A stretch of 61,002 nt of DNA, the filler included, from Sphacelaria rigidula (lineage: Eukaryota): assembly GCA_964200075.2 (NCBI GenBank). It is 5 parts of 5 records of this genome, joined end to end, with 100 filler letters (N's around TTAATTAATTAA, not from the genome) between each part and the next. Parts side by side here need not be neighbours in the genome. Positions count along the whole stretch, not along the records: positions 1 to 12,123 come from CAXNAA020004100.1; positions 12,224 to 24,344 come from CAXNAA020004101.1; 3 more parts are not named here. The stretch is one strand, 5' to 3'. The notes beneath the pieces were generated by a model, which did not search any database, was not told the origin of the DNA, and saw only the letters and a program-made list of their open reading frames with translations. Shown one piece after another: positions 11,063 through 23,775 of this stretch. Positions within the stretch are counted from its first letter, which is position 1. Each line of letters starts with the position of its first letter. A program made the position numbers and the translations under genes.

Positions 11063-12050
11063 GCACCCTTGTTCTTCGTGGGTTCATATGTCGCCCCAGG
11101 TGGTAACGCGTGACCTCCTCACATCGGAACTCATTCTTGAAAGCTTCTGTACCGAGGTGCTCACGCAGCCAGCGCGTGCTCCAGGTTGCAGCACGGACGC
11201 ACCCCTCTGCACCACGCTCGCAACGGTTAGATCACTACCATAGGTATCTTTTTTCACTCGCATATCAAGAAGGTCTCCACAAGTGTTTGATCTCTCATAC
11301 ACCCCCCGCCCCCAACTATGCTCCGTCTCGAAAGGGATGCGTGGTCAATGGTCAAATGACTAAGGCAAGCAACAAATGAGTACGCCCCCGCCCCCAACTG
11401 ACGTCTCGCACGCTGTTGTCGTTGGGCACCCAGAGGGTCGCTCACATACATGTCGGGTAAAATCGACGATGAATAAATCCCCCTCAATTATTTGATTTAT
11501 CTGGTGTTTTCGCAGCACCACTGCCATTGCTGGCATGTGGGTGACAGAGAACAGTATAGTAGCGGTGACGTGAACATTATTCTGTTTTTCAACGGCATGT
11601 TTTTCAGTGCACAGAGGCGCGGCCTGTCCAAAAGGAGAGGCAGAGAGAAATCGATCTTCGCATTCGTGAGCTCGACAGGCAATTGTAAGACGAGAGAAAA
11701 TCTCTCCGCAGCTCGAAGTTTCGGCACATAGAAAATTGGGCACATGCTGGTAACATCGATTATGCCAGTTTCTCGAGCGATTGGTGGTCGCCGAGCGAGG
11801 ACATACGAAGGACATGGGCGAGGAGCTTCCTCTTTGCCGTTGCTTCTCTCTCTGGTGATATCGTCATCGACACGCGTGTACACCGCATTCGTTAGGTGCA
11901 CCTAGCCACAGCTACTTAACTGCTGCGGACATTTGGGGAGGGAAGATGGCTTCGCACGGTTGTGAGTGTTTCGCGTGATCCCTGCAAAAAAAGAGAAATG
12001 CCACCTCAACCTCATTTTTGAGATGGACCCATTTTTTAGGATCTGCTGTT
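11063..12050. repeat. Host tandem-repeat unit 2
   Basis: Colinear with 1992-2094 + 5269-6050; has an extra CTCCGTCTCGAAAGGGATGCG... module at 11320-11390. Confidence 0.8.
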
Positions 12051-12123
12051 CACAACAAATTGTGCGAATTGAGGTTTAACTCCGAGATGAGGTTCAAGCC
12101 TAAAACAGTGCTTTCCCCACACT

Positions 12124-12223
12124 NNNNNNNNNNNNNNNNNNNNNNNNNNNNNNNNNNNNNNNNNNNNTTAATTAATTAANNNNNNNNNNNNNNNNNNNNN
12201 NNNNNNNNNNNNNNNNNNNNNNN
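12124..12223. other. Artificial contig linker
   Basis: N44-TTAATTAATTAA-N44 (stops in all six frames). Confidence 0.97.
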
Positions 12224-12271
12224 ATGATTACGGCATGCATGATCATGAGTACACCACCTGTGTCTACACGT

Positions 12272-12340
12272 GCTCCGTCTCGGAAGGGATGCATCATCAA
12301 TGGTCAAACGACTAAGGCAAGCAACAAATGAGTACGCCCC
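12272..12340 (+). repeat. Dispersed repeat module (CTCCGTCTCGAAAGGGATGCGTGGTCAA...)
   Basis: Also at 11320-11390, 60890-60925 and reverse copies at 38590-38650, 38930-38970, 39345-39413. Confidence 0.75.
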
Positions 12341-13162
12341 TCTGCATCCACGCCAACGTTGTGTAGCGCTATGGTTCAGTTTAACCAAAATCGCGGCGGG
12401 AAGCGGGAGGGAGGGGAGATTCTCATTGTTGAAAAAATTGTTAGCCCGTCATTTCTGCACGAGGGTATTGTTTAGTACTCTGGTACTTATTTTACGTGTC
12501 AGGGGTTTGAGAGATGCCGATATCCACTCACGTCTGCCACTTTCTTGAGCTCTATGTTGGCAGCGGCGTGCTCCTCGATCGCTCGCTCGTCGGCCCGCGA
12601 AATATCGTTTCCGGATATCCTATCGGGAGTAGGTTACGGTTGTTAGGATTCGGGTTTTGGCTTGCAGTAAAGACTCAAAGGTTCAGGCGGATGGGTCACG
12701 GCAGGGACGGGTCAACACCCCTTACTAGGAGCTAGTTGCACAGCTGTCAACGTAGCTCTTCATTCAGGACATGTTGAAAACACATGTTACTTCTCATCGG
12801 CACATACCCGTTAATTGTCAAGTGTACAGTCATTTTCCATTGGATCCGTATGTTTCGATACAAAGGTGTTCGGTTCTGGGCTTCAGGTATGGATGCCCTG
12901 CGGTAAAGATCCAAAATATTCGTAGCTTAAGGGTAGCAAAAATGAAAAATGCATTCAAGCAACTTAGTGACAAAAGGAAAGTACCCCGCACCGTTCCCGA
13001 CACTCGCGCCACTCTAAGACCATTATCAACACATATACTAGCATTCAAGCTTTCGAACGCTTTCGTATTGTTAGATCATTAGCGTACCAATATATATCGT
13101 ACACTAGAAAACAAAATCGAGTTTGTCAAGAATTACAAAAAGTATATTTCTCGCCGCTTCGC

Positions 13163-13164
<2 letters not shown>

Positions 13165-13227
<63 letters not shown>
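13165..13227. repeat. (TG)n microsatellite
   Basis: Perfect dinucleotide run. Confidence 0.98.
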
Positions 13228-13229
<2 letters not shown>

Positions 13230-15455
13230 CACGAACCGTGTAAGGGGTAAGTTTTACTCGAACGAATTTGCATGCGATCATATGAACGAAACAATATGTG
13301 GTAATTTGGGGGTATTCGTGGTAAATGCCATCCGTCGGACCACGGTGATTTTGAAGCGAACGAACCCCTGTCACCACAGAAGCTGCTCAATTTTGCGCTC
13401 GTCGCCATGATTACAATCTGTCAAATATTGTGGTACCGGGGGCAGTAGAGACGGTTTAATTAATCCCTTGAGACAATGGATTCACCCCGAAGGGAGGTAA
13501 GGAGTTTGGAATCGTAAAAACAAAACAAATTATTTGGTTCGGCAGAAGAAAATATTCACGTATTGCATGCGTCAACAGGCGCAGTTCATCAAAATTACGA
13601 AACTATTGATCGATTTTCTGAGTTCCGCCGGCCTGAAGGATCTAAGCTTAAAAGTAGGATCATGATACTGTGAATAAAAAACATGTTGTCCTACGATTCG
13701 CACTTGAGTAAATTTGGAGGGGTGGGGAGTGTACGGCCGGCAAGGGTACTAAGGAATTCATTAAGGTGTCCGCAACAGTCCGTGTATTCTCACCTACGGA
13801 CGGTCGTGCGGTTTGGTTAACATGCGCAAACGCTTCGGCAGAAATAGATATCGCGACACTGCCCCATATTTTATGGGGTCGAGTCTGAGATAAAGTACGT
13901 TAAAAAGAACGGTATCGTGGGCGTGATGGGAATGGCGTGTGTGCGTGTGTCCTCAACAGCCAGCGTACCATAATACCGGCGTTATCGCAAGGTAAGTGCC
14001 GTACCGTAGCGCACGGACAGGGAAATCTGAACAACGCAATCTTTGTCGAACGTATCTCGCGGTGTTGTTCCACGAAAAACCGCGTTCTATTTGCTGAGGT
14101 AGGTGTACTGGGGGATGACTGTTTGTGTGCGAGATTTCGGTTGTGCTGACCGAGACAGTCCCACTTTGCCCCCCCCCCTCCCCGCTGCTGCACGCGGACG
14201 TACGTGGACATAGAGTGGAGAAGGTTTTGCCGTACAATTGCTTCGTGCGCCTCGAGGTTGGTATTTCAAAACCGCGGACGACGGAATGTACACGCGCGGT
14301 CGCGCAGGCACAGAGACAACGCTCGCCCTCGAGTGGTAGGATAATGAGCGGCTCTCTACGCGGAAGCCTGTAAAAGAAAGAGCACCCACACCGAAGCTCC
14401 TGAGAGCATGGCAACGCGTATACTGCGCCAAGTTGATGGTAGGTTTTAGTGGGAGCATCCCCCACACTGCCTTGAGACACCGCTCGAGGCGCCTTCCCCA
14501 CATGACTGCCGCGAGGTGGTCTAGCCAAGCCCTCGGGTAATGGGCACACGAACTCGCTAGCGAGCCCTCGCCTGCGAGTCAAGTGCTGGGTTGGGTTTCT
14601 TCCTTCCGTTAAGGAAAAAAACTCCACACGCTCCCCACTTCATACGTGGCGAGCATGCAGTGGTCTCACAGCGTGTACATAACGGGAGCGAAGCACGAGG
14701 ACAATGTGCCTCTTTTTCGAATCACGCCATCTTGTGAGGGAGCAGTACGGAAAGACAAAATGTCGTGGTCCCCGCCCCTCCCTGATGGGATAAGGGGTAG
14801 GTACGAGAGTGGTATAATGAACCAGGATTTCAATCACGGTCTCGTGAGCAGAAGGTTGATGAAGCCAAGGTAACAGCTGTCTCGAGAGGCCAACATGTCC
14901 ACGTGCAAAATGTTTTCCAAAACGAAAATTGACTCCATCTATGTTTTCTAATAATACCACCGTAGTGCGAAAGAGGAGGTCGCTATGGCAGCAGAAACAA
15001 GAACAACCGACGCTTTCCTCACTGTAGCTGCAGCGTCCCTCTCTCTTCCATGTAGGGTGCGTGCTATCGAACAGATGATCAAGAAGCGAATAGCTTTGCA
15101 TTAGAAAAAAAGTAATAATCTTTTACGGTAAGACAGAGAGATTGTTTCTCCTGTGCTTACGTAGCACGCACGAATTCGATGGTCTTTACCTGCGAGATGA
15201 CTAAGGAGTGAAAGAGTGGAGGACCGGCAGCGAAAAGCACAAGTAGGGTGGGTATGAGTCGCGGATGATCGGTCGCAAGTCCGCAGTGAGGATATGAATA
15301 TGAGCAGCAAGAAGCTTTGAAGTCAAACAATAGTGCCGGGTCCAGCAACAGCTACATCTACAAGCCTCGAGCTATCAGCCCCCCGCCCCCCCGATCTCGG
15401 GAGTGCGTTTGACAAGATATGAGTATTACGTGGCACTCTGGGGCTTCGCCGACTT

Positions 15456-15561
15456 TTATCTGAGGATCGGGACTAGCCTGTAGGTGTGTATTGTGACCGA
15501 TGCCATCGCTGCGTCAATGAAGGCTTCCTTTATCCTGTCGGTAAGCCCGTTCGATGATACG
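15456..15561 (-). CDS. LRR gene exon (DVSSNGLTDRIKEAFIDAAM...)
   Basis: Acceptor ctccacag; phase 2 completes LGELDVSSN; 3' end uncertain. Confidence 0.7.
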
Positions 15562-18500
15562 CTGTGGAGTTGATGAGCGGAAAACGGCGGGTGCAGCGCG
15601 TAAGCACAGCGGCGAACGTGACACGAGGCGGGGCCGAGCACGTGAAGAAACGGTACACACAGAAGGGAAGAGAAGAAACGACGTAAAATGGATATAAGCA
15701 AGCGAGCTCGCGGAAGAGGTGAGGACATTTGTTACGTGGTAGACATGCGTGTCCTGGGTGGCCGATCTTTTCGTCGCTCAAGCGTACTGATCACAAGTTC
15801 TTCCTTCCTTGCTTGCTTATAATATTTCGTTTCAACTCTCTTGGACAGGTAAAATGTGGGGATCGCAGCACAAAATACTGATGTGGCATGCCGTGTTTTT
15901 TTTTATATTTGTCGTGGTGATGAATCACGATTTTTATCGCTCTCCGCACATAGTAGAGATCAGAAAGAATACCACAACCAGGAGGACGTATCGCGGGTGT
16001 CAACAGAGTACCAAGGAGTGCGTTTCTGCCGCTTGTCTACCTCTATTACCCTTGATCCATGTGCAAACTCTCTGGAGTCCGTCAGCTTTATCATACCGAG
16101 CTTGTTACTAACTGCGAGCCTACGCTTTGCGCCCGGAGAAGATTCACAGCCCGAGCAATCCATGCAACGGGACGAGTACTGGTGTGGTGGTTGTACCGAA
16201 AACGTTCAACCCACTGCGGGAAAAGGTATTTCACCGAGTGGTTCATTCACTCAGACCGCACCGCGGTGCCGAACACGATCACTTGAGCAGCAAAACGTAC
16301 GTCTCCGGAGTGGAGAAAACGACCGGTATACGAAGAAACGATTTGATGTGACTGTATAGTAATTTCCCTCAGTGCCACTGCCTAGGTAAAGTTTGCTGTT
16401 GAGAACCATCAACTTATTTCTTGATACAGGTATGCTTCTTCGTTCCGTAGGCGTGTTGTTCGCTGCTACCTGTAGAACTGGGCCACAATCCGCATGATCT
16501 GTATAGATCGGACCGTCTCAAGGAAGAGCGTTGTCAACACGTTATCGCAAGTTTTGGTTCTTCCTCACTCTAGCTCTCCGAGGCTCTCCGCATGCGGGAT
16601 CGAGGCAACGAGGAGCTCCGCACCGTCGTCATCAACGAGATTACTCCGCAGCAGGAGGGATACAAGGCTGCCATTGGATCGCAGCGCCCGAGCGAGCCGC
16701 CTCGCTCCCCGAGTGTGTATCTGTTCGTCACCTCGTAGGAAAATGCGCGGGTCAAACAACAACAAACGAAGATTTCGGGGGACATGAGCAGTGATGTTGT
16801 AGCTGCACCGGGCTAGGGGGCGGGGGGGAGGTGCGTGAGAAAACACACTTTCTATAGGGAGAAATACTACAGGGTATAGCTGGATAATAATAATATTTGA
16901 CGTTGGACATTCCCTGGTGAAAAATGGCATACCCGGATACATACGCGTAAGTTATCACGTTTTCTTTGAGCTGTCGGGTCTTTCGATGAACACGGATACA
17001 GCCAGATGTACGTTCGAAGTTCGAAAACATTTTAGATCTATTAGATCCGCGTTCGGCGTAACATTTACAACGTTTTGGGGGGGGAAATCGGCAATGTTTG
17101 CTCCTTCAAGATTATTGTGCTCGAAGATCAGCAGCTTGGTATTCGTTTTTCAGCATCATTTCCTGTAATCTTGTTGCTAAACATCGCGGTCAACATTCAA
17201 CCCTTGGCGTCAAATTTGATCATTTTTGAGAGCTAGAATATCTACACCTTTCGTCTTTTCCCGGACAAAAGCGAGATTATTTGCTCCACCTGCTGAGCTA
17301 CCTGCTTGTGAGACACCAACTCATGATGCACCAACTGACAGCACACGATACTCGACGATTGTCGTGACGGTATCTTTATCTTACCTTGTTCCCAGACAGA
17401 TCGAGGCGTTCCAGGCGCACGGAGGACTCCATGAAAGCAGCCACGCTTTCTGTCTCATCGTCATCCAATCCGCAACGTCTCATACACAATGTTCTCAGGT
17501 GTTGGAGGGTTCGCAGGCCGCCGCAGAGTGGGTCGAATCCCACTCGACTTGGGTGGCCGAAGGTGTCAACTGCTAGAGGATTCCTGGCGAGATTTCGATT
17601 AAGGTTGTTTCCTGTTGTCGTGTTCATCTGTGTTCTGATTCTATTTTCAAATATCTACTTGAGGTAATCTACATCGAATTAATATACTTGCAGCTTCAAT
17701 GGCAATTCTGTTCCTGTGCTCGGGTGGTGAGTTGATGATGCTGCCGTGGTTGTTTTCCAAGTATGCACGAAGTGCGCATTTACATTTATAAACAAAGACA
17801 TCGATTCGTCGCGGTATATTCCTGGTACATGCCATGCGGTCGGTTCTGTCGACAACCCTTGACACGCATATATCTCCTTCAATGCGAAGATTCCTATCCA
17901 AGCTCGCGGCGGGCACAAGCGAGATTACTGGCGCTGGGCGTGTTTTTCAGCTATCGTACATTCAAGCATCGTTTCCGAAGGTTGGGTGGAGTTCTGCGCG
18001 AGCAACTGGATATCCCCGCCTTCTTTTTACCATCATTCATGAAGCGCAGCAGAACGTATTTCATCGGGTCATCACCCACCACCATGTACCCCTTCTCTCC
18101 CAGTAAAACATGCTCGAGTGCGCGAGTCACGAGCACGCACGCGCATACACACACGCGCGCGCGCGCGTGAAGCTTACACGATCTGAGTCATTTTTCAGAC
18201 TCTCTCACCCCGACAGGTCGAGATACCGAAGCTTAGAGATCGCCGACAGCCATCCAGCTACAATTAGGGTCGCCTCGCTGTGCAAGCTGTTGTTGCAAAG
18301 CCTAAACGAGTATCGCGATCGACGTCAGGGAGAAAATTGGTTGGCTGCATCGTGAGAGAAGTATGAGTCAAACTACGGAGTGATCGTCCGACAAAGAAGG
18401 CTCACACTTCAGTTCATCTAAAAAACAACACGGGTTATCGATCTTGTCGATAGCGATCCGATTTCAGTAACTGTTTTCTGTCAATCTCTTCCTTCATCCG

Positions 18501-21500
18501 CAATACTTTTCACCACCACCCACGCAACACCAGCAAGGACAAAGGTTCCAGACAGAATACCGGGGATAACGGAAGCATGACCCTCGCGTTTGCTCTTCGG
18601 TGAGACGGAAAAACAGACAAGAGGTATCCCTATCGCTAGGATCTCATCTTCGAGCAAAACTTCGAGCATACAGTACTAGTAGTATCTACGATCCCGACGT
18701 TCGGGGGTGCTCGGCACGGTTATCAATATGGGTTCACCTCAGGTGGGTCAAGCGGTTCTTTCTGCCACGGAAGGCGCTGCCCAAGGCGATTAAACCCTTG
18801 TAGCGATGGCTGGCAGGACCGATGAGCGTGCACTGTGAGAGATCAAGAACCTTCAGCCTGCGCAGTCCCTTCAGCGACTCTGCTAGAGCCAACACGGGCC
18901 CGGCCATCCGTTGCTCTTCGCCTAAGGGATTGCTGGAAACAGAGATATCAGGGGAATTGGTGTGAATCGGTACCACCTGTATAAGTCGTGTTTTCTGTGC
19001 AGATGATATCGAAATTTGGACACCTTCACAGACACCGAAAAAGCTCGACGAGACGCACACACAACGCTTCGGGAGCTCGTTTTGTCTTTGTAGCTTTAAA
19101 AATTCCTACATGATGGTCACGGCCATCTCAAGGCTTATATGTTCGTGGTCAATTGTCCCGTCTGTTTACTCATTCGATCCCGTCCTGCACCCAAGTCCTC
19201 GACTTATATGGCGTAGTGTCGCGTAGGCAAGTGCGCATGACTATATCCACGCTACCGTTTCAATATGCTTCGTGGATTTTACAGACAGACCGTATCGAAA
19301 CCAAACTAACTTATTTACTTCAGTGCACATGCGTCAATTCTTGCCGTTTGCGAGAGGAATGCTCGCGTACCATCTACATCTCCTCGTCATTGGGTGCAGC
19401 ATGTGGGATACACGAGCAGTTAGTCTGTTACAGTGTTGCATAAGCTTCGTTCGCTGCTGCCCAGGCAGTTTGACGGATGCGTGCACAGCTGACATGCAAC
19501 GCTGCGTCGGTGACCGAAACACTCACCTTCTCGTGAACATTCGCCGCGAGTGTTCGAAATGTAGTGCACGAGATTCGCTCCCTCCACGCATTTCGTAATC
19601 CGTATTAGGAGAACAGAGTAGATAAATAAATGACGCCTCTCTCAAAGCTTGACATATATTGAAAATATCTCCTCCTCCTCGAACATGAAACATGGAAGAA
19701 TTGTAATCATGCTTCAAAACTCCATTGAAATCCACATTCAACCCCTAGATATTCTCGGCACCAGATCTTTCAGGTCTTTTTGAGACTCACGACAACGATA
19801 TCCGCCCGAAGCGAAGATGTGTCCGTGACCATCTAGACTAGTGTGTGCACTCAGCTGCGCACGGAACCCACCCGCTTAGATTCAGCGCGGTAAGGCTGGT
19901 GCTCGAAGCAGCGAGAAGTCTATGGATGGACTGCATGTCATTGTCCTCGTTTTTCTCGCCTATCCGGTTGCAGGACAGGTCTACGACCTTCATTCCACTC
20001 ACTTCTGTCAGTTCGTCTCCTAAGGATTTGAGGAAGTCGCCGATGTCCTTTGCCCCAATGCTCTGCAAGAAAGGACAACGGAGTTGGGGGTATACAACCT
20101 TCTCGCGCACTTGATTGAAAACGAAATAGAGTGTACACCACTGCGTACAAGAGTATCACGACTTACGCGCACCGGGTAACAAAGCCGACCTTACAGTGAT
20201 GCTGTGAGGCGGGCTTATGGTAGTTGGTGTTCGTCAAATCGCTATTATTCACGCATTTTTTCGGATATAACCCTAAATCTAACCCTAGCAACCCCAACCC
20301 CAGCCTGACACTTTTTACGATAGCCCCCCCCAAAAAAGCACATGGTTTTTGGAGGCAAAATCTTCACGTAAATCGAAATGGGAGAAGCCGAGCACAACAA
20401 GCAGTTGGGAATTCCCACGCTTGGGCTCGTTCTCGCCAATGTTGTCAATATAAGGCGCTGTATGGCCATTTTTTTCGTGACACTTTTGAGCTGGTTTCGG
20501 GGGGGGCTATCGTAGAAAGCGCCGCCTGGAGCATGCCGAGGACTCTCGGGTAAGGGATATTCTGCACATTGTGTCCTCAGCAAAGTGTGCGTTGGAAGAG
20601 CTCAAGTCGGTGCCGTGGGGCTCTGCTTTAAGCAAAAATGTGTGATGTGCACGATAGGAGCACTCCGGACTATCAGCCCTTCGAATATCCGAGGCCGTTG
20701 GTCCTATACTAGAATCAAGTGTAGTCAACCATGATGGTTTTAGGACGAACTCGCGTAAACCCTACTCAATAGACAGTTTTATGAAAATAACAGCCGATCA
20801 TCGAAATTGAGGAAGGAGCTTTTCTTTGAGGATGAGAACCCGGAAATTAAAATCTTCGTATCCACACCAAATCTTCGAAATGTGATTCCATTCTTTCATC
20901 TACTGGTAGTTATTGACAACTACTACACGCCATTATTTAATATTGAATTCTGTTCACCGACATGTTGGGGTCCTGGTTGAAGAAAAATAATGGGGAATTA
21001 CGGTGATCCGATTGGATCGCCTAAATTCCCCATTATTTTTCTTCAACCAGGACCCCAACATTTCGGCTATCGAAATCCAAACTTGCAGGGTCTGTAGCAG
21101 TTGTCAATAGCTACTAGTATAGGTGAAAAAGTGGAACCATTCTTCGAAGATTTGGTGTGGATACAAATATTTGAATCCTCCCGGTTTTCATCCTCAATGA
21201 AAAGCTCTATCCTCAATTCGATGACCGGCTGTTAAATGAGGTTGGTTGTACGATGAAATGAGGTTCCAGCCCAAAACAGCGTTTTCCCCACACTTTCAGC
21301 GATGACGCCCCATGTATTTTTGTCGTCATAGTGTCCCTCGATCGCGTAGATACTTCTTCAGCGCGGTTTACCGACTCTGTGAGCTTACAGCGCTGACCGA
21401 AACCGTCATTTTCCCTGATTTCTTCGGAGGGATGATATCAGGAGAAACGGCGGTTTCGGTCAGCGCTGTAAGCTCACAGAGTCGGCAACATGCGCCGAAG

Positions 21501-22245
21501 AAGTATCGACACCATCAAGGGGCATTAGGCCGACAAAAAAGCCATTTGGCACCATCGCTGTAAGTGCTGGGAAAACATTGTTTCGGGCTATAACCTCATT
21601 TCATCGCACGACCTCATGTTATAGAATTGTCTGTTACTTGCTGCTGTAGAGCGACGACATCTTGGGAGATTTCTTGGCAGGGCAATGCATAGTCACTGGG
21701 CCACTCTCAATGTGTCGAGAGTGGGGTAGCTCATTGGCTGACTGGTCGGCTGTGACAATCTAGCTACCGTCTTGTTGTGGGCTTTGAGAACTGCATGAAC
21801 CTTGAACAACAGCATAGATATAGGCGACCTGCGAATGCGGGGAAACTTTCTCGAAGGTGTACGGTTCAGTGTGTCTCAAATCCAGACCGCATCCAGGTGC
21901 AACGCCATGTTGTATGAGAAACGAGGCACGCGTGATACATTGGTTCAACCTGAGACTCAAACGGGATGGCGAGCCCTAGCTCTATATGATGCGGGCGCGC
22001 GACGAATGTGCCCGCAGAATGTTCTTGGTCAGGGACGAAATCTCGCCACACGCGTGAACAGATTTTCGAGGGGGTGTGCGGATTTTCCGCTTGTTCCAGC
22101 ATGTGGTGCTTACTTCTATTATTACTGTAGTTCTAGATATCCATACCTTGTCACACATGTCCAATGTTTGGTCACCGAATTGCTCATCCCCCCAGTCGTA
22201 CATCTCTTCTCCATCCCCATCGTCCATCATAATCTCGATCCTGAG
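15456..22245 (-). CDS. Multi-exon leucine-rich repeat protein (RI-like/NLRC3-like LRRs), ends uncertain
   Basis: Seven GT-AG exons splice in frame: 22245-22147, 20062-19872, 18932-18738, 18301-18209, 17583-17385, 16720-16569, 15561-15456. They give LxxLxLSxNxI/L repeats. Possible first exon 22832-22801 is speculative. Confidence 0.85.
16569..16720 (-). CDS. LRR gene exon (IHTRGARRLARALRSNGSLVSLLLRSNLV...)
   Basis: aacag acceptor, gtgagg donor. Confidence 0.85.
17385..17583 (-). CDS. LRR gene exon (NPL...LERLDLSGNK)
   Basis: gccag acceptor, gtaaga donor. Confidence 0.85.
18209..18301 (-). CDS. LRR gene exon (LCNNSL...LRYLDLSG)
   Basis: tttag acceptor, gtgaga donor; not in the ORF track. Confidence 0.8.
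18738..18932 (-). CDS. LRR gene exon (NPLGEE...LKVLDLSQC...LTHL)
   Basis: ttccag acceptor, gtgaac donor. Confidence 0.85.
19872..20062 (-). CDS. LRR gene exon (SIGAKD...VDLSCNRIG...LNLSG)
   Basis: ttgcag acceptor, gtgggt donor. Confidence 0.85.
20307..20523. mobile_element. MITE, GACAC family
   Basis: TIR GACACTTTYTACGATAGCCCCCC; TSD GCCT (20303-20306/20524-20527). Confidence 0.85.
20788..21234. mobile_element. Fold-back element (~445-bp palindrome)
   Basis: Arms reverse-complementary around ~21011; second copy at 59730-60062. Confidence 0.85.
21236..21620. mobile_element. Fold-back element (~385-bp palindrome)
   Basis: Arms reverse-complementary around ~21427; end also seen at 12069-12123. 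Confidence 0.8.
22147..22245 (-). CDS. LRR gene exon (..MMDDGDGEEMYDWGDEQFGDQTLDMCDK)
   Basis: cacag acceptor, gtatgg donor; phase 0 join gives TLDMCDKSIG. Confidence 0.65.
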
Positions 22246-23031
22246 CTGTGTGGGACGCTACACTCCAGCACATGTGTCACGTTGGCGATAGACCCCTCCC
22301 GATGTGCAGCGCGGCGTAGTGGCGTCATTTGCGAAACGCGGGGCAATTAGCTGTCGAGAGGGGGAACAAACGACCGCAACATATATCTGGACATTTCGAC
22401 ATCAGTTTATTTTCACGACATGCACCATCCGTGTGTGCTGTGATGTCTGATCACACCACTCACGACTCTCTCAGAGGATCCAGCGATACCACTTCGCGCC
22501 TTTCACGCTGAGACAGCACTGTATACGCTGAGGATACAGCACCATTTCTCCTTCGCACGTTTCACGCCACAACGCAGCTCTAAAGGTGTATACGTGAAAT
22601 GTTATATATTGTCAGGTGCCGGGCAATCAGGTGAGCACCGCAGCACTGCTGCAGTAGCTGCACTTCGCACGCAAGTGCACAGTAGACCGTATTATTTCCA
22701 TGCACAAGATCCTGGAATCATTTACGCGTCAATTGATCACATGATTGGTGATCGCACTGAAAGTGATCCGCAACAAACCCAGTCGCGATCACAAGGATAC
22801 TCGAAAGCTAGGAACGAGGCCTTAGTTGACATTTTGCTGCGATTGATTTAACCTAAATATTATTACCGTAGGTATCACATTAATGCGAAAACATACCGTG
22901 CGGCAAAACGGTAGCCAGTGCCTGACTCGTGCAGTATTCCAGCTTAATAACTTCCAAGTGTCGCCCCATCGGCCGTGTAATTCGTGGAAGGACCGCGTGC
23001 TTTGTGGACCGCGTGGGGAATTTGAACACAC

Positions 23032-23201
23032 CACACCCTGGACAATATATGGTCAGTAGGTTCAATAGACAAGAAGTGTACTGCATCAAGTATGGGCCTA
23101 TTGCAACTTTTGCCGACCGACAATAGCCGCAATAGGCCTATACTTTACGCAGTACGTTTCTTGTCTATTGCCACTATTGACCATATATTGTCCAAGGTGT
23201 G
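23032..23201. mobile_element. Hairpin MITE, CACACCCTGGACAA TIR, 8-bp TSD (hAT/P-like)
   Basis: TSD GAACACAC both sides; copy at 58783-58964. Confidence 0.85.
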
Positions 23202-23775
23202 GAACACACCAGGATCGACGTTTTTCAAGACCTCTCGGGCCAGTCCCTGCAGAGACCGCGACCCTGATCCTAACCCTAACCCTCACCATAACCCTCACCA
23301 TAATCATGGGCGTGTTAGAACTCCGATGTGATCCAAAAAAAAGCAAGTAGTCCTCCAGCATTACAGGCTGCATGTTTTCTGTCTTGAACGCTCACCCGGC
23401 TGTGTAGCATGCCACTCGAAGACTACATGGAGCTCAATACTCCCAGGCATCTTAGATACCCAGCACACCCCAAAGAACGGTTTCACGGAGTCTAAACCTT
23501 CGCTTTTTCTCGCAAATCTACTTGACGCCATATTTTTCCTGCGTCGTTGCCAAGGTCATGTTGGCATGAGTTGGTCAATAACTATCGACACATACATCTC
23601 TATAGTCCAGATCATGGCACGGAGGGGAGCGACACAGCGCCATGTCATGCATGCACTACAGGTCTGCAGACGGAACTCTGCGTCGCCGTGTGGCATTGCA
23701 GGAAGCTGGCTGCCTGCACCACAAGAAGTAAATTGACACATGATCGAAGAGCACGCGGAGGATCTATGCAAGGGG

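Noticed and set aside
12168..12179. TTAATTAATTAA as a biological motif or piggyBac site
   Set aside because: Identical in four N-flanked 100-bp spacers; it is an assembly linker
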